From the NCBI GenBank assembly GCA_036339495.1, contig JAYZAW010000088.1, positions 4,588-68,587 on the forward strand: 64,000 bases of DNA, given 5' to 3'. Below, piece after piece: positions 31,584 through 41,393 of the stretch. The notes below the pieces were generated by a model. That model worked only from the letters and a program-made list of their open reading frames with translations. It did no database searches and was not told the DNA's origin. The stretch's first letter is position 1. Every line of letters starts with the position of its first letter. Origin of the DNA: Pseudomonadota bacterium. GTDB lineage: Bacteria > Pseudomonadota > Alphaproteobacteria > MPNO01. Made by a program: the position numbers and the translations under genes.

Positions 31584-32387
31584 TCAACCGGGCGCTGTTC
31601 CCACGCCGACTCGCACATGCTGCATCAGTCGATATGCATCACCATGACGATACGGCTCAAAAGCATCGATAACCGTCTGGATCAGCACCGCCTGTTCAGC
31701 GGCAAGCAGCGATTCCATCTGAGCGGCGTTGCTGCGAATGATCCGATTCGGCCAAAAATCGCTGCCGACGGAAACTTCGCGTTCCGCCCTGAATTCCTGT
31801 TCCTTCACGCGTGTGAATCCAGCCGCCTCAAGCACGGTCGACACAGCACCGTTTGCGCCCAGCGCGTGGCGCTTGGGCGGTGCGCTGGGGGCTGGTTCTC
31901 CGAAATAGCCGCGCACCGCCTCGGCGAGAACCGCATGAAGCGGGTTGTCGTCATGGGGTCCCCAGACCATATAGGCGACCCTGCGGCCGGGCTTCAAGAC
32001 GCGTTTCGCTTCCGATGCCGCCGCGACGCGATCGGCCGGGAACATCAATCCGAACTTACAGGTTACCGCATCGAAACTATTATCGGCGAATGGCAGGGAT
32101 TGCATATCGGCAACGGCGGGTTCGATCTGGGTGAGATCCAGCGTTGATGCGCGCCGCCGGGACCCGCCCAGCATTTCGGTCGAAAAATCACTCGCCACCA
32201 CAGATCCGCTGGACCCGACGCGAAGCGCGATGCTGATGGCGGGTTCGCCGCCGCCCGACGCCAGATCGAGCACGAATTCGCCCGGCGACACGCCGGCGGC
32301 GGATATCAGGGCTTGGTTTTGGGTATCGTCAGGGGATTCTCCCTTGGGTGCGGTGCGCAGCCAACCCACGCTGCGTTTCGCCCACAT
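31584..32387 (-). CDS. Class I SAM-dependent methyltransferase
   Basis: SAM-binding motif VLDLASGGGEP and a post-I acidic motif are present. I chose the start at ATG complement 32385-32387 (MWAKRS) to avoid a 91-nt overlap with the upstream gene. Confidence 0.7.
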   Translation of the reverse strand: MWAKRSVGWLRTAPKGESPDDTQNQALISAAGVSPGEFVLDLASGGGEPAISIALRVGSSGSVVASDFSTEMLGGSRRRASTLDLTQIEPAVADMQSLPFADNSFDAVTCKFGLMFPADRVAAASEAKRVLKPGRRVAYMVWGPHDDNPLHAVLAEAVRGYFGEPAPSAPPKRHALGANGAVSTVLEAAGFTRVKEQEFRAEREVSVGSDFWPNRIIRSNAAQMESLLAAEQAVLIQTVIDAFEPYRHGDAYRLMQHVRVGVGTAPG

Positions 32388-32406
32388 GGCGCGGTCCGAA
32401 GCACTG

Positions 32407-33276
32407 TTATCCGCCACGATCAAATCCTTTTTGTCCTTCGCGCGCTGCAAATTCAAAATAGAGCTTGTTGGCGAGATTGGCGAATTGACCCTGCTCATAT
32501 TCCTGGTCCTCGACTTTCACCACAGGTAGGACCTTGGAGAAATTGCCGGTTAAGAAGATTTCATCCGCGTCGAGCACGTCCTGGAAACGCAATGTCCGTT
32601 CCTGAACCTCCACCCCGTCGCCGCGCAGCAATTCCATGATGCGCCGCCGGGTCAGACCCGCGAGAAACGTGCCGTTGGGAACCGGCGTCATGACCACGCC
32701 ATCTTTTGCCATGAAAAGGTTGGATGTCGTGAATTCGGCGACATTGCCAACGGGATCAAGCACGATCGCGGAATCGAACCCTTTTTTGCGCGCATCCATC
32801 ATCGCGCGCGCCACATTGGGGTAAAGACACGACGCCTTGGCGCCGGTGGGCGCCGATTCCGGCGATGGCCGGCGATAGGGCGACAGACAGGCCGTGCTTC
32901 CTTCCCAGACCACCATCGGCGCGACAAACACCGTCAACATGAATTTCACGCTGTCGAGAACCGGCGTCACGAACCCATCGGCGAAATAAAATAGCGGGCG
33001 GATATAAAGCTCTGCATCCTCCGAAAATTTTTCGATCCCTTCCCAGGCCAGGCGTTCAATTTCATCCGCCGTGATCGCCGGCGTCATGCCGAAAGATTTT
33101 GCCGATTCGATGACCCGCCGGCAATGGCGGTCCAAATCTGGCGCCAGTCGGCCGAACGCCCGCGCGCCATCGAACACGGCGGACGCCATCCACAGCGAAT
33201 GCACCATCGGCCCGAACATGGGCGCGTCGCCCTCATGCCACGCGCAATCATGAAATGTGTAATTGTCTGCAGTCAT
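32407..33276 (-). CDS. Class IV PLP aminotransferase (branched-chain / D-amino-acid aminotransferase family)
   Basis: 289 aa with the fold-type IV pattern (...ELYIRP..., ...EFTTSNLFMAKDGVV.TP...GLTRR...). Confidence 0.7.
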   Translation of the reverse strand: MTADNYTFHDCAWHEGDAPMFGPMVHSLWMASAVFDGARAFGRLAPDLDRHCRRVIESAKSFGMTPAITADEIERLAWEGIEKFSEDAELYIRPLFYFADGFVTPVLDSVKFMLTVFVAPMVVWEGSTACLSPYRRPSPESAPTGAKASCLYPNVARAMMDARKKGFDSAIVLDPVGNVAEFTTSNLFMAKDGVVMTPVPNGTFLAGLTRRRIMELLRGDGVEVQERTLRFQDVLDADEIFLTGNFSKVLPVVKVEDQEYEQGQFANLANKLYFEFAAREGQKGFDRGG

Positions 33277-33319
33277 ACTGATGATAGGAGAACCACGACT
33301 GCCCCTCCGGTATCAAGCC

Positions 33320-33781
33320 CTAGGATTCGGCCTGACGCCTTTTGGATGAGTCCGGCGCAGTCTCAAACGCCTCGGCATAAGCGCGAATGCGCAGCACCAT
33401 CGCGTGCAGCCCATTGGCACGGCTACCACTGAGATGGGAGCCCAACTCAAGCACTTCGAAGAAATCAGGCGGTGTGTTGATAATCTCTTCAGGGGTGCGG
33501 CCCGAATAAATCCTAAGCAACAAGGCGACAAGGCCCCGGACAATCAACGCGTCGCTATCGGCATTAAAATACAGACGATCTCCATCTCGCCGCGCATAAA
33601 ACCAGACCCGTGACTGGCACCCTGGAACCAGATGACTATCCACCTGCATATCTTGGGGAAGCCCGGCCAGTTTGCGGCCAAGTTCAATGATATATTCATA
33701 GCGCTGCATCCATTCGCCGAGGAACTCGAATTCCTCCACGAGATTTTGCTTTGCTTCTTCCAGAGATTCGTCCGCCGTCAT
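33320..33781 (-). CDS. sufE: SufE-family sulfur acceptor protein
   Basis: The conserved Cys is in LVPGCQSRVW, with an upstream ...EWMQRYEYIIELG... motif. The start was trimmed to MTADES. Confidence 0.85.
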   Translation of the reverse strand: MTADESLEEAKQNLVEEFEFLGEWMQRYEYIIELGRKLAGLPQDMQVDSHLVPGCQSRVWFYARRDGDRLYFNADSDALIVRGLVALLLRIYSGRTPEEIINTPPDFFEVLELGSHLSGSRANGLHAMVLRIRAYAEAFETAPDSSKRRQAES

Positions 33782-33923
33782 CACCGTTCCGAATATTTTG
33801 TTTAAAGTCTTGGCGTGGATATAGATGGGATGGGCTCCGCAATCAACGATCTCCATTTAAACAGCGAGGTGATTCGGATAGTGTCGCATTACGGTAATGT
33901 GGCGCCTCAAATCAACATCAAAC

Positions 33924-35057
33924 ATGCCGATCGAGGCTTTTGTGCTCGACCCATTCCAATTTGCCGGTCCGGTTTTAAGATCGTTGCCGCCGGAAACGGC
34001 ACATCGGTTGGCCATTCACGCGATGCGTCTGGGTCTGGCTTTCCCGGAAAACGAAGCGTCGGACCCCATACTGGCGTGCGAACATTGGGGACTGAAATTC
34101 GCCAACCCAATCGGTCTCTCCGCCGGTTTCGACAAGGATGCGGAGGTGATGGGCGCGGCGCTGCGCCTCGGATTCGGTTTTACGGAAGCTGGCACGGTCA
34201 CGCCTCTACCCCAGCCGGGAAACCCAAAACCAAGGCTGTTCCGGCTAACCGAGGATCAGGCGGTCATCAATAGGTTGGGCTTCAATAACGGTGGATTGAC
34301 CCGGTTTGCCGTGCGATTTGCCCGCCTTGACCGGAGCGCACCGAAAGGTCCCGCCGGCGCGAATATCGGCCGAAACAGTTCGACTGAAGAAAAATCCGCA
34401 ATTGCGGATTTCGAGATCGCAACCGAAGTGCTTGCGGGTCTGGTTGATTATCTGGTGATCAATATTTCCTCGCCGAATACGCCAGGTCTACGCGGCCTGC
34501 AACAACGGGGGCGGCTGGAGGAACTCATCGGACGATGTGTGGAAGCGCGCGCCCGGGGAATGCGCAGTGATGCGCCGCCGCCGCCATTGCTGGTGAAAAT
34601 TGCGCCTGACCTGGATGAAAGCGCGAAACGCGATATTGCCGAATTGGCTTTGGAGGCCAACATTGCCGGGCTGATTGTCTGCAACACAACAATCGATCGT
34701 CCCACGACATTAAAATCCCAGTTTCGGAACGAAGCGGGAGGACTAAGCGGCGCGCCGATATTCGATTGCGCGCGAAATTTCGTGGCCCACATGTACCGGT
34801 TGACCGATGGCCGGATCCCCATAATCGGTTGCGGCGGCATTGGCAGCGGCGACGATGCCTATGCCATGATTCGGGCGGGCGCATCATTGGTTCAGCTCTA
34901 TAGCGCCTTGGTTTTCGAGGGTCCCGCGCTGGTTTCCCGCATAAAGAAGCAGCTTGCGGAGCGTTTGCGTGGAGATGGCTTCGCCTGTATCGAGGCCGCA
35001 ATTGGCGTCGACCACTGCAAAACCGCCTCGGCGCGGGCGCGAATTAATATAAAATGA
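33924..35057 (+). CDS. pyrD: Dihydroorotate dehydrogenase (quinone), class 2
   Basis: NISSPNTPGLR signature, an N-terminal membrane-association helix and an FMN-binding GGIGSG motif are present. The start was chosen at MPIEAF (33924). Confidence 0.9.
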   Translation: MPIEAFVLDPFQFAGPVLRSLPPETAHRLAIHAMRLGLAFPENEASDPILACEHWGLKFANPIGLSAGFDKDAEVMGAALRLGFGFTEAGTVTPLPQPGNPKPRLFRLTEDQAVINRLGFNNGGLTRFAVRFARLDRSAPKGPAGANIGRNSSTEEKSAIADFEIATEVLAGLVDYLVINISSPNTPGLRGLQQRGRLEELIGRCVEARARGMRSDAPPPPLLVKIAPDLDESAKRDIAELALEANIAGLIVCNTTIDRPTTLKSQFRNEAGGLSGAPIFDCARNFVAHMYRLTDGRIPIIGCGGIGSGDDAYAMIRAGASLVQLYSALVFEGPALVSRIKKQLAERLRGDGFACIEAAIGVDHCKTASARARINIK

Positions 35058-35134
35058 TTATTCGTGGTTAACGAGGTTTTAAGACAACTGAACGAGATTT
35101 AACGCGGGATTAACTTCACGGAGCGTGCGTCTCC

Positions 35135-36379
35135 ATGTCTTTTCTGCGTCATCTGTTCGTCGTCTTGATGTATGCGACGGCCGCCGCCGCCGTGGCGGTG
35201 TCAACGCCGCGTCTTCTCCCCGGGATCGATATTCAGACCGGGCTCATCCTTGGCGGCGTGGTCCTGCTGTGCTGCGCATTGCTGCATGAAGTGTTTGCCC
35301 GGCAAATCCAGCATGGCCACCGGTCGGATGAAATTCACGACATACGGGAAAGCCAGGACGAGGTCGGGCGGGAACTGACCCTGGCCCGCGCGGAAGTCGG
35401 CAACATTCACGAAGCCTTGTCCAATTTCCGGGGCGCAAGGGCCTCAAGCCAATTCCAGAGCGACTTTGAGAATATGGTCTCGGAAGTCCGCATGCTTCAA
35501 AACCTGGTCGAACAGTTATCGACCCAGTCACACACCGGTCAGGCCGGCCATTCGGCAATCAGCCAGATTGATCGCAGCGAACCCGCCACGGGATCGAATC
35601 GTCGCGTGGCTCCGGTCGCCAACGACCTGGATGATGCCGCAATTCTGCAAATCATCCAGGACGGACTGCGCCAGGATCGGGTCGATCTGGTTCTGCAGCC
35701 GATCGTCAGCCTGCCGCAGCGAAAAAGAAAGTTTTTCGAAGCTTTTACCCGGATCCGCGCCGATGATGAGTTGATAATCCTGCCGGAGCAGTATATTTCC
35801 ATCGCGGAGCGTGAAGGTCTGATCACGGCGATCGACAACATGTTGCTGTTTCGTTGCGTTCAACTTTTGCGCAAAACCCAGGGTCCCAATAAAAATGTCG
35901 GTTTCTTTTGCAATATATCGCCATACACGGTGGCTGATTTGGGATTTTTCCGGGAATTTGTTGAGTTCATGAGCGACCACGCGGAGCTCGCTTCTAACTT
36001 AATCTTCGAATTCTCGCAGGCAACAATTGCCAATCAGGATGAACAGATTATGCGGCAACTGGCCCGGCTGGCGGCCATGGGGTTCCGCTTTTCACTGGAT
36101 CAGGTTACGACTCTCAGCCTGGATTTCGTGGCGCTTTCGGAACAGCATTTCAAATTCGTCAAAATCGAAGCGGAAGCCTTGCTGGCTGAGTTCAGTAATC
36201 CGTCCGACATCAAGGATATCGATCTTCAAGATCTCAAACGCGCCTTCGAACGCCACGGCATCGATCTGATCGTCGAAAAAATCGAAACCGAGCCCACTTT
36301 GCTTGAAGTGCTCGATTTTCAAGTCGATTTCGGCCAAGGATATCTTTTCGGCGCACCCAGCAAGAGCCATACTGCATGA
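35135..36379 (+). CDS. Membrane-anchored EAL-domain protein with degenerate catalytic motifs (likely non-catalytic c-di-GMP receptor)
   Basis: An N-terminal TM region and a coiled-coil linker are followed by an EAL domain (LQPIVSL...FFEAFTRIR...AEREGLI...CNISP...EFSQ...SLDQVTTLSL...KIEA...EKIETE...GQGYLFGAP). Q replaces the second acidic residue of ExxE. DQ stands in place of DD, and the DFGTGYSS loop is absent. Confidence 0.7.
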   Translation: MSFLRHLFVVLMYATAAAAVAVSTPRLLPGIDIQTGLILGGVVLLCCALLHEVFARQIQHGHRSDEIHDIRESQDEVGRELTLARAEVGNIHEALSNFRGARASSQFQSDFENMVSEVRMLQNLVEQLSTQSHTGQAGHSAISQIDRSEPATGSNRRVAPVANDLDDAAILQIIQDGLRQDRVDLVLQPIVSLPQRKRKFFEAFTRIRADDELIILPEQYISIAEREGLITAIDNMLLFRCVQLLRKTQGPNKNVGFFCNISPYTVADLGFFREFVEFMSDHAELASNLIFEFSQATIANQDEQIMRQLARLAAMGFRFSLDQVTTLSLDFVALSEQHFKFVKIEAEALLAEFSNPSDIKDIDLQDLKRAFERHGIDLIVEKIETEPTLLEVLDFQVDFGQGYLFGAPSKSHTA

Positions 36380-36413
36380 ATTATGTGCGAAACCCCGTCC
36401 AACAAAAGGCATC

Positions 36414-37292
36414 ATGACCGCACCCATAAAATTGCTTCCCGGCATTTCCTCGATTGCCCCGGATTATGATGGCTTCATTCTGGATCTCTGGGGCGTGATT
36501 CACGACGGCGTAAAACTTTATGATGACGTCATCGACACGCTGGAAAAATTACACTCCGAAAACAAGGCTTTCATCATGTTGTCGAACGCCCCACGCCGCA
36601 GTTCCGCGGTAGTGGAACTGATGATCGGCATGGGCATGCCGGAGAAATTCTGTGATCACGTGATGTCGTCGGGCGAAGCCACTTGGCAGGAACTCCGCGA
36701 CCGGACCGACCCCTGGTATGATGGGATTGGGGGGCATTGCCTTCATATCGGCCCTGATCGCGATCAGAACCTGTTTGAAGGGCTGCATTTTGAAATCGTC
36801 GAGGACCCCACAAAAGTTGATATTATTCTGAACACCGGCCCCTGGCGCGACGATGAAAGGGTCGAGGACTACGAAGACCTCATGAAACAAGCCGCGGAAT
36901 TGGACGTGCCCATGCTGTGCGCCAACCCGGACCTTGTGGTGATACGCGGCGGTACGCGCATCATCTGCGCCGGCGCCTTGGCGGCGCGATATGAGGAACT
37001 GGGCGGAAGGGTTCGCTATCTCGGCAAACCCCATCCATCGATCTACCCTCATTGTTTCGACATACTTGGCATTTCTGACAAAAGCCGGATTATAGCTGTT
37101 GGGGATTCACTGCGCACCGACATTGCCGGCGCCAAGGCGGCGGAAATAGATTCGCTTCTGGTTGTTGGTGGAATTCATGGAGATGAAGTTGGAATGGCAA
37201 ACGGTGGGCACCCGGACGAAACAAAAATCAGCGAAATTTGCGCGCGGGAAAATCAAAAACCGGTCGCGGCGATTTCTGAATTCATATGGTAA
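36414..37292 (+). CDS. HAD-superfamily class IIA hydrolase (TIGR01459-like)
   Basis: Motif I DLWGVIHDG is present, with HAD-IIA architecture. The start was trimmed to MTAPIK to avoid overlapping the EAL gene. Confidence 0.7.
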   Translation: MTAPIKLLPGISSIAPDYDGFILDLWGVIHDGVKLYDDVIDTLEKLHSENKAFIMLSNAPRRSSAVVELMIGMGMPEKFCDHVMSSGEATWQELRDRTDPWYDGIGGHCLHIGPDRDQNLFEGLHFEIVEDPTKVDIILNTGPWRDDERVEDYEDLMKQAAELDVPMLCANPDLVVIRGGTRIICAGALAARYEELGGRVRYLGKPHPSIYPHCFDILGISDKSRIIAVGDSLRTDIAGAKAAEIDSLLVVGGIHGDEVGMANGGHPDETKISEICARENQKPVAAISEFIW

Positions 37293-37341
37293 GCTTAATG
37301 TGTAATTTGAAACTGGGTAATGTGGTTTCGCCGGATTTTAA

Positions 37342-37869
37342 TTGGGACCCTGCTGTAAAGCCGAACAATATACAGACAAATGGGTATTTGAGGACATGAG
37401 GAACCAAATGCTTGGTTTTCTTTCTTCCAGAGACAAATGGCCGGAACTGGCCTCAATGATTGTTTCCGCGATCTGGCTTGCGATCTGCGTGATTTATATT
37501 GACAGCCAGGTTGGCTGGTCGTCGATTACGGCATTTCTGCCCCATGAAATCGGCGCCGCCTTTACCGGGATATTTGCGCCGCTCGCTTTCCTGTGGCTCG
37601 TGGTCGCACATATGCGCCGCAGTTCTGAGCTGCGTGAAACATCGATGGAGCTGCAACAGGAACTTAGGCGCCTCGCGTTTCCAGGGGATGACAGCGACGA
37701 ACGTTCACAAACGGTCGCCGACGATTTGCGCCGATATGCTGAAGCCCTGTCCTCGGCGTCGGAAAACGCCGCCGTCCAGTCGGAAAACCTGTTAAGCTCC
37801 ACATTCCTGTCGGCGGATGTCGGCAAGCTGTATCTGCTTCTCACCCGGGCGGTGGGGCGGCTGAACTAG
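37342..37869 (+). CDS. Hypothetical small membrane protein (2 predicted TM helices)
   Basis: Two hydrophobic helices (IVSAIWLAICVIYI; FTGIFAPLAFLWLVVAH) are followed by a charged C-terminal tail. No homolog was recognised. Confidence 0.45.
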   Translation: MGPCCKAEQYTDKWVFEDMRNQMLGFLSSRDKWPELASMIVSAIWLAICVIYIDSQVGWSSITAFLPHEIGAAFTGIFAPLAFLWLVVAHMRRSSELRETSMELQQELRRLAFPGDDSDERSQTVADDLRRYAEALSSASENAAVQSENLLSSTFLSADVGKLYLLLTRAVGRLN

Positions 37870-37900
37870 ACTCTTATCCAGGAACAGGGATCGCGGGCTC

Positions 37901-39076
37901 GTGCTGGTCCTTTTTTTCACCGTCTTCATCGATTTGGTCGGGTTCGGGATCGTGCTGCCGTTGCAGCCCTTTTACGCCCAGAAATTTGGCGCCGCCCCCG
38001 AAATCATCACGCTGGTCGCGGCCGGTTTCACCCTGACACAATTTATGTTCGCTCCAGTTTGGGGACGACTCAGCGACCGGATTGGCCGCCGCCCGGTTCT
38101 GTTGATCACCATCTTCGGCACGTTCATCGGCTATCTATGGCTGGCCCTGACGGATTCCCTTCTCATGCTGTTTGTCGCGCGGGCATTCGGCGGCGCGATG
38201 GCCGCGAATATCGGAGTCGCGCACGCCTATGTCGCCGACGTTACGGGCCCCGATGACCGGTCCCGGGGCATGGGCCGGATTGGCGCGGCGGCGGGGCTCG
38301 GCTTTGTCACCGGGCCGGCAATCGGCGGCCTGCTTGCGGGACCCGATCCGGTGAATCCCGATTTCCAGTTCCCTTTCCTTGCGGCCGCGGCGTTTTCCGC
38401 GGCGGCATTCATCCTCGCAATATTTTTCCTGCGGGAAACGGTTGATCGCGACGCGCGAAAGGCGGCGGCGGCGCTCACCGGATCACGCATCGCCGCTTTC
38501 CGCAACGCCTTGTCTCGGACCAATGTCGGTTTGCTGTTATTGCTGGTCATGATGACGCCGTTTGTATTTTCCGGCATCGAAACGATTCTCGCCATCTGGA
38601 CTGAGCACATCCTCGCTTGGGGGCCGGAGCAAAACGGATATATGTATGCCTTCATGGGTTTGGTGGCAGTATTCGTCCAGGGGCTGCTGATCGGGCCGCT
38701 GACGCGCAAATTCGGCGAAAAGCGGCTCATAGGCGGCGGGGCCGTCGCGGTGTTCCTGGGGACGCTCTGGCTCCCTTGGGGCATGGGATATGCCGGCATC
38801 ATGGGCGCGCTGGGGTTGATTGTGATCGGCGTCTGCATGTGCGGGCCTTCGCTCTCGAGCCTGATTTCACAACATGCGGCCGTGCATGAAAGAGGCCGGC
38901 TTCTGGGGGTTTCCCAGTCTTCCGCCGGATTTGGACGGATCATGGGGCCGGCGTTGAGCGGCACGGCATTTGCGGCGCTTGGCGCGGATTCCCCGTTCTA
39001 TATCGGGGCCATCGTCATGATCGTGATGCTGGTTCTGAGTTTTAGGATCGCGGGGCGGTCGCCGACCCCGAATTAG
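37901..39076 (+). CDS. MFS transporter (Tet/TCR-like 12-TM efflux family)
   Basis: Motif A-like GRLSDRIGRRPVLL follows TM2, within a 12-TM organisation. Confidence 0.85.
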   Translation: MLVLFFTVFIDLVGFGIVLPLQPFYAQKFGAAPEIITLVAAGFTLTQFMFAPVWGRLSDRIGRRPVLLITIFGTFIGYLWLALTDSLLMLFVARAFGGAMAANIGVAHAYVADVTGPDDRSRGMGRIGAAAGLGFVTGPAIGGLLAGPDPVNPDFQFPFLAAAAFSAAAFILAIFFLRETVDRDARKAAAALTGSRIAAFRNALSRTNVGLLLLLVMMTPFVFSGIETILAIWTEHILAWGPEQNGYMYAFMGLVAVFVQGLLIGPLTRKFGEKRLIGGGAVAVFLGTLWLPWGMGYAGIMGALGLIVIGVCMCGPSLSSLISQHAAVHERGRLLGVSQSSAGFGRIMGPALSGTAFAALGADSPFYIGAIVMIVMLVLSFRIAGRSPTPN

Positions 39077-39181
39077 ACTGATTAAGCTTGACGAAGTGGG
39101 GCAAAAACGACTAAAAGTCGCCCCCTGCGGGCCGTTTGGGCTCGTTTTCTCTGTTTGAATCTGCGGTTCGGGAATCGAGTC

Positions 39182-39484
39182 ATGGCAAGACGTTGCGGTA
39201 TCACGGGTAAGGGCGTTCTCACCGGAAACAATGTGAGTCACGCCAACAACAGATCGCGCCGGCGGTTTCTACCGAATATTCAGGATGCTTCGATCCTGTC
39301 CGATGCGCTCGGCAAACCGATCCGCCTGAAGCTGTCGACCCGTGCAATCCGGTCGATCGAACATAATGGCGGGCTTGATGCCTATTTGCTCAAAACGTCG
39401 AATTCCAAGTTGACCGACGAAGCCGTCCGGCTGAAAAAGAAGATCAAGAAAGCCGTCGCGGCAAACGCCGCCGCTTTGGGTTAA
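39182..39484 (+). CDS. rpmB: 50S ribosomal protein L28
   Basis: [32 protein letters not shown] is the classic L28 N-terminus. The start was trimmed to ATG 39182. Confidence 0.93.
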   Translation: MARRCGITGKGVLTGNNVSHANNRSRRRFLPNIQDASILSDALGKPIRLKLSTRAIRSIEHNGGLDAYLLKTSNSKLTDEAVRLKKKIKKAVAANAAALG

Positions 39485-39505
39485 CGCAAAATCTAATAAT
39501 CGCGA

Positions 39506-41386
39506 TCAGCTCGCGCGCGCGACCGTCTTCTTTCGCCGGCCGGCGGGCGACATATCTTCATCATCGAATAATTCGGCCAGGCGCTCCATCACGGTGCCGC
39601 CGAGTTGCTCGGCATCCATGATGGTGACGGCGCGTTTATAGTAGCGGGTGACGTCATGCCCGATGCCGATCGCCGTCAGTTCCACATTGGAGCGGGTTTC
39701 AATCCATTGGATCACGTCGCGCAGATGACGTTCCAGATAATTCCCGGGATTGACGGACAAGGTTGAATCATCGACCGGCGCGCCATCGGAAATCACCATC
39801 AGGATGCGTCGCTGCTCGGCGCGCGCGATCAGCCGGTTGTGAGCCCATAACAACGCTTCGCCGTCGATATTTTCCTTGAGTAGCCCTTCCCGCAGCATCA
39901 GGCCCAAATTCTTCCGCGCGCGCCGCCAGGGCGCTTCAGCCGGTTTGTAGATAATATGGCGCAGATCGTTGAGCCGGCCCGGATTGGGCGTCTTGCCCTC
40001 GGACAACCATTTTTCCCGCGACTGGCCTCCCTTCCAGGCCCGGGTGGTAAACCCGAGAATTTCGACCTTGACGCCGCACCGTTCCAATGTGCGCGCCAGA
40101 ATATCGGCGCTCATCGCCGCCACGGTAATGGGACGGCCGCGCATGGAGCCGGAATTATCAATCAGCAGGGAAACAATGGTGTCGCGAAAATCGGTTTCCT
40201 TTTCCACTTTATAGCTTAATGGATGGGTTGGATTTATGACGACCCGGGAAAGCCGCCCGGCGTCAAGGATGCCTTCTTCCAGGTCAAACTCCCATGACCG
40301 GGTCTGCTTCGCCTGCAAGCGGCGCTGCAGGCGGTTCGCCAACCGGGAGATGACGCCTTGGAGATGCGCCAGCTGCTGATCGAGGTGATGGCGAAGCCGC
40401 GCGAGCTCCTCGGCGTCGCACAGCTCATGCGCTTCAATAACCTCGTCATATTCCAGGGTGAACGGAAGATAAGCGGGCTGACGTTTTTCATCGCCGTAGG
40501 TGCCGTCCGGCCGGCGTCGGCGATGGGATTCTTCGCCTTCCTCCTCGCCGCTACCGGGCATCATTTCGTCTTCGCCCTGCTCCGACATCATCTCCTCGGC
40601 GTCGGCGCCTTCGGAATCCTCCATGTCATCGCTGGGCGAGCCCTGCATATCCGCGGATGCGCCTTCGGAATCGTCGCTGTCCTCGCTGGACTCATCGGAG
40701 GAGTCGTCGTCGTTCTCGTCGCCCTCCTCGGTATCGGAACCTTCGGATTCGCTGCCATCCTCATCCATCAATTCGAGATCGATCAGCAGGCGTTTTATTA
40801 CATCGGCGTATTGTTCCTGGTCGGACAGGCTGTCTTTCAATACCTCCAAATCCATCTCAACCTGTTCGTCGAGCTCCGAGCGCCAAAGATCGACGATCTG
40901 GCGTCCTGATTCTGGAATTTCATCGCCCATCAGATGTTCGCGCGCAAGAAGACCCAGCGCTTCGGCCAGCGGCGCATCCTCCCGGTCGGTGATCCGCGCG
41001 TATCCCTTGGCCCGGCACCGTTCTTCGACCGCCGCCTTCAGATTATTGGCAACGCCGGCCATGCGTTTGGCGCCCAGGGTTTCGACCCGTACCTGTTCCA
41101 GGGTTTCAAATATCGCGCGCGCCGTTTCTCCTCCCGGCGCTCGGGCGGCATGAATTCCATCATCGTGATAGCGTAGTTTCAACGCCATGCCGTCGGCTTC
41201 GCCGCGCAGGTGCCGGATTTCATCATCGCCCAGATCACGGGACGGCACCGGCAGGCGCGCCTGATTGTCGACCAGACGCGCCTCCGCGCCGAAATTGACC
41301 TGAATGTCCTCCCGCTCCGCGATGGCGCGCATCGCCGCCGCGGTCACCCTGCGAAAGGCCTCTGCCGGAGTTTCGTTCGCCGCCAT
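39506..41386 (-). CDS. cobT: CobT-like protein (aerobic cobaltochelatase CobT homolog; acidic tract + C-terminal vWA domain)
   Basis: 626 aa with a central poly-D/E/S tract and a C-terminal vWA domain (LLIDNSGSM ... [10 protein letters not shown]). It is paired with the cobS homolog. Confidence 0.85.
   Translation of the reverse strand: MAANETPAEAFRRVTAAAMRAIAEREDIQVNFGAEARLVDNQARLPVPSRDLGDDEIRHLRGEADGMALKLRYHDDGIHAARAPGGETARAIFETLEQVRVETLGAKRMAGVANNLKAAVEERCRAKGYARITDREDAPLAEALGLLAREHLMGDEIPESGRQIVDLWRSELDEQVEMDLEVLKDSLSDQEQYADVIKRLLIDLELMDEDGSESEGSDTEEGDENDDDSSDESSEDSDDSEGASADMQGSPSDDMEDSEGADAEEMMSEQGEDEMMPGSGEEEGEESHRRRRPDGTYGDEKRQPAYLPFTLEYDEVIEAHELCDAEELARLRHHLDQQLAHLQGVISRLANRLQRRLQAKQTRSWEFDLEEGILDAGRLSRVVINPTHPLSYKVEKETDFRDTIVSLLIDNSGSMRGRPITVAAMSADILARTLERCGVKVEILGFTTRAWKGGQSREKWLSEGKTPNPGRLNDLRHIIYKPAEAPWRRARKNLGLMLREGLLKENIDGEALLWAHNRLIARAEQRRILMVISDGAPVDDSTLSVNPGNYLERHLRDVIQWIETRSNVELTAIGIGHDVTRYYKRAVTIMDAEQLGGTVMERLAELFDDEDMSPAGRRKKTVARAS
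40526..40780 (-). repeat. Low-complexity acidic (D/E/S-rich) coding tract inside cobT
   Basis: About 85 codons of GA[AG]/GA[CT]/TC-rich sequence encode ...[35 protein letters not shown]...EEEGEE. Confidence 0.8.
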
Positions 41387-41393
41387 GGGAAGC

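Noticed and set aside
39077-39181. Possible hairpin (ggggc...gcccc) between the MFS gene and rpmB as a terminator or ribosomal-protein leader
   Set aside because: The stem is interrupted and there is no U-tract. It is too weak to call.
40500-41153. 217-aa Ser-rich plus-strand ORF
   Set aside because: It is the antisense reading of the CobT acidic D/E/S tract, a low-complexity artefact.
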